Source: Podarcis melisellensis
Taxonomy: Eukaryota
DNA length: 64,000 bases
Assembly: GCA_964234715.1 (NCBI GenBank)
Contig: OZ174286.1
Reading direction: 5' to 3' (one strand)
Positions 61,394 through 64,000 of the stretch are shown piece by piece (the first letter of the stretch is position 1; each line of letters opens with the position of its first letter). The notes under the pieces are model-generated. The model was not told the DNA's origin and did not search any database. It was given only the letters and a program-made list of their open reading frames with translations. Both the position numbers and the translations under genes were made by a program.

Positions 61394-63460
61394 TAAGTCT
61401 TGTTAAGAACAACAGAAGCTGCCGTATACAGCTGTGCTTTTCCCATACTGTTTCCCTTGAGACCACTGGAACACCAGTGGTGGACTTTGGGCTCTCAAAT
61501 CGCAACAGTGACTTGTGTGATGCTAAAATTCAGCACCCCAGCTTATTGCACTCTGTTCTACGGTATTGTTGTGGTGTCCCAACAGCATGGCACCCAGTGC
61601 TGCCACACTGGTTGCAGTTCCCTAAAACTGCCCCTGCTGTCACGTCCAGGGGACTTGCTGTATATGCACACTCAAAATGTTGCCGTGGTGGGGGGAGAGC
61701 TCTGTGCACTAGGCCCTTGGGCTCTGGATACCCTATTCTAGAAGTTTAAAAAAAAATTTTAAGGGGAGGGGATGAAGGCAGCACACCCCCATGGAATGCC
61801 TCTGTATAGGAATCTGCTAGACTACAGATTCTGAGGTGCACCATTGATCCAATCCAGGTCATGATCCACCCGGATCAGATCCAGTGACTCTGCTTTGGAA
61901 TCTGAGTTGCGCAAATTCCTCCCCCATCCCTACGCCCAGTTTCCTGGATTTGGGCATATGTTTTGCTCTTTATTGACTGGCAACGCCACAGAAAACTGCG
62001 ACTGACATAATGAGATCTGCCCTCCGCTTATGCCATGAATTTTTACAACAAAAATCTTACAAGAGTTCCCCTAGCCCTGATGACTTACAAGCAGACTTCA
62101 CCTGTGGTTAAACTGCTTTTAACTTTTACCATTTATTAAAAACACTAAATCAGGATCATAAAATGTATGAGGAGGGGAGTTTCCCCCCTTGTGGGTTTTC
62201 CCCCCCTCTTTTTTTTTTTGACAAAGCAAAAGCCAGTGCAGCTGTGGATAAGTGGCTATTGAAAACAGTGACCAAGCAGCTGTTTCTGGGTAAATGGCTG
62301 GTGGGCCTGGAGGCATTATGGTTTCTTGAATACTGACAGAAAATTGTGCAAGTAGCAAGAAATAGGAATAAGAACTTTAGTCTGCGATCCTATACCCACC
62401 TGCCAGAGAGAACGCCCCACTGATCTCAGCAAGATTTACTTCTGAGTTGGGTATGTATAGGATTGCAGAGTTAGTATTAAGCACAATAAAGATGCTTAAA
62501 AAGGAGGACGATAGCTATGAGGGTTGCCAATAGGTGTAGAGGGAAGGACAGGGACAGAAAACACAGTGGAAGCTCAAAAATCGTTTCAATGGCATCGTGG
62601 TGGTAGGCTAGAGGCTTTGGACTTCTGGATGAGAGAATGTTAAGAAAGTGACAGAATGGCCAGGGAGGGTCAAGATTTCTATCCCTTGGAGCATTACATA
62701 GACCACCCGCATGTTTTCAAACATTCATCCAGAAATAAGCAGGCTAAGGAAACCATATTTTACCAAAATATAAGGTAAGGAGGGAGCCAAACATTCTGTA
62801 GGATTGAAACTTGGTGCCACAACACACTGAAATCCCAAGCGAAATTCTATGCATGGAGAATTACAGATGATAAACAGTTTGGACAAAGGAAGATGAGATG
62901 GAGAGTAGGACCAGTTGGGTGCATTGCCATAATTTGCTTTTTTGAGCGGATAACTATGTAAAGTATGGAAACATTTTTCGAAACAGAAAATAGATATGCA
63001 AGGCTACGGATGTGTTTTAGAGCCTGGTGCTATAGGAAAGTTGCCAGTGTGTAGCTGCTTAATGTTTCTCAAGCCTTGTTTTGGCTAATAAGTGGCCCTT
63101 TAACACATTTCCTCTGTAACAACTTGCAGTGGTGAGAAGGAACATCATTATGTACAGGAACAGTTTGGTTTAAACGTAACAAACAAACAAAGAATACAAA
63201 CAAACAACTGGTACCAGAAAAACCGGAGAAAGCACCAATGCGTTTCCCAAGCTGATAGCATAGTCATTGCATAACTCCCTTTATTATTACTAAGTATAAA
63301 AGACATTTTATAAACTATAAAATTGGAACTCATAGTCTTTTGGGGGCTGAAGAGTCCTCCAGATCTGAGATAACTTTTTTGGGGGAAAATGCCTTTAAAC
63401 CAGAAAGGAAATCTGATATTTTCCTATCACTTTTTCATAGCAGTTCCTGACCAATAGGTT

Positions 63461-63624
63461 TTAAAGGATCGGATTCATATCTGTTCTGTGGCTTGTGAGC
63501 TGACTGAGGGTTGAGCTTCCAACGACGTCGCTGACTGTTGATGAAGTTGTGATGGTGTTATGCTGGATGACTTGTTGCTGGGAGCAGGCAGGGACCGGAC
63601 TTGAAGGAGGACTGCTTTCAGGAC
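63461..63624 (-). CDS. CREB5: cAMP-responsive element-binding protein 5, terminal coding exon (partial gene)
   Basis: Acceptor tttgttcctttctcAG (AG at 63626-63625), phase 1, encodes PESSPPSSPVPACSQQQVIQHNTITTSSTVSDVVGSSTLSQLTSHRTDMNPIL*, matching the CREB5 C-terminus; TRIL synteny. Confidence 0.93.
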
Positions 63625-64000
63625 CTGAGAAAGGAACAAATGAAGGCTCAAGTCGACATGGGTAGAGGAAACTCACTTTCTCCTCCACTACCCTTCCATT
63701 TGCCCCACTTTTTGCAGAATATTGCAACGCTGCTAAACAGGCAGCAGAGTGTAAATGGCACAAAACACACAACGAGAGGAAATCCAGAACCCAGATATTC
63801 AGATTAGGACATATTATTATTATTAAGTTTATGATTAGAAAGTATATATCTGTCTTAAGCCTTAAGCATTTTGAGGCTGCAGTCCTCTACTCACTCACAT
63901 AGGAGTAAGACCGACTGAACTCAGTGGGACTTGCTTCCAAGCAGACAACTGTAGGATTGTATAATGACACCTCAGTGTCCACAGTAAATCACCACCGTGC

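Larger units (their letters stand above)
55200..63460 (-). other. CREB5: Probable long CREB5 3'UTR
   Basis: Follows the stop codon; AT-rich and relatively repeat-poor; ends at a canonical PAS; extent inferred. Confidence 0.55.

Noticed and set aside
63625-63772. N-terminal half of the 103-aa ORF 63461-63772
   Set aside because: Lies upstream of the splice acceptor at 63626-63625; intronic read-through, not CREB5 protein

Overview
Vertebrate (squamate, most likely lacertid lizard) genomic DNA; the taxon is inferred from Sauria SINE, Squam3-like SINE and Bov-B content. The window contains two convergent host genes. One is the complete intronless TRIL gene (+, 6310-8598) on a CpG island. The other is the last coding exon of CREB5 (-, 63461-63624), with a probable ~8 kb 3'UTR running back to ~55200. 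This TRIL/CREB5 tail-to-tail arrangement matches the mammalian locus. The ~44 kb between the genes is mostly transposon debris: 13 Sauria SINEs of several ages, Bov-B/RTE/L2/CR1 3' fragments, Tigger-like and hAT MITEs, solo LTRs, microsatellites, and one 402-N gap. The most unusual observations are: (i) an unclassified ~865 bp TSD-less element with asymmetric inverted repeats and a terminal hairpin (DIRS/Ngaro-like or Helentron-like); (ii) an overlapping uORF at the TRIL start that ends in a TGATG stop-start with an in-frame second Met; (iii) a sense solo LTR with splice donors upstream of TRIL; (iv) a bipartite RTE element with nested insertions. No prokaryote-type system (CRISPR etc.) is present. 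All calls are by eye, without database searches.
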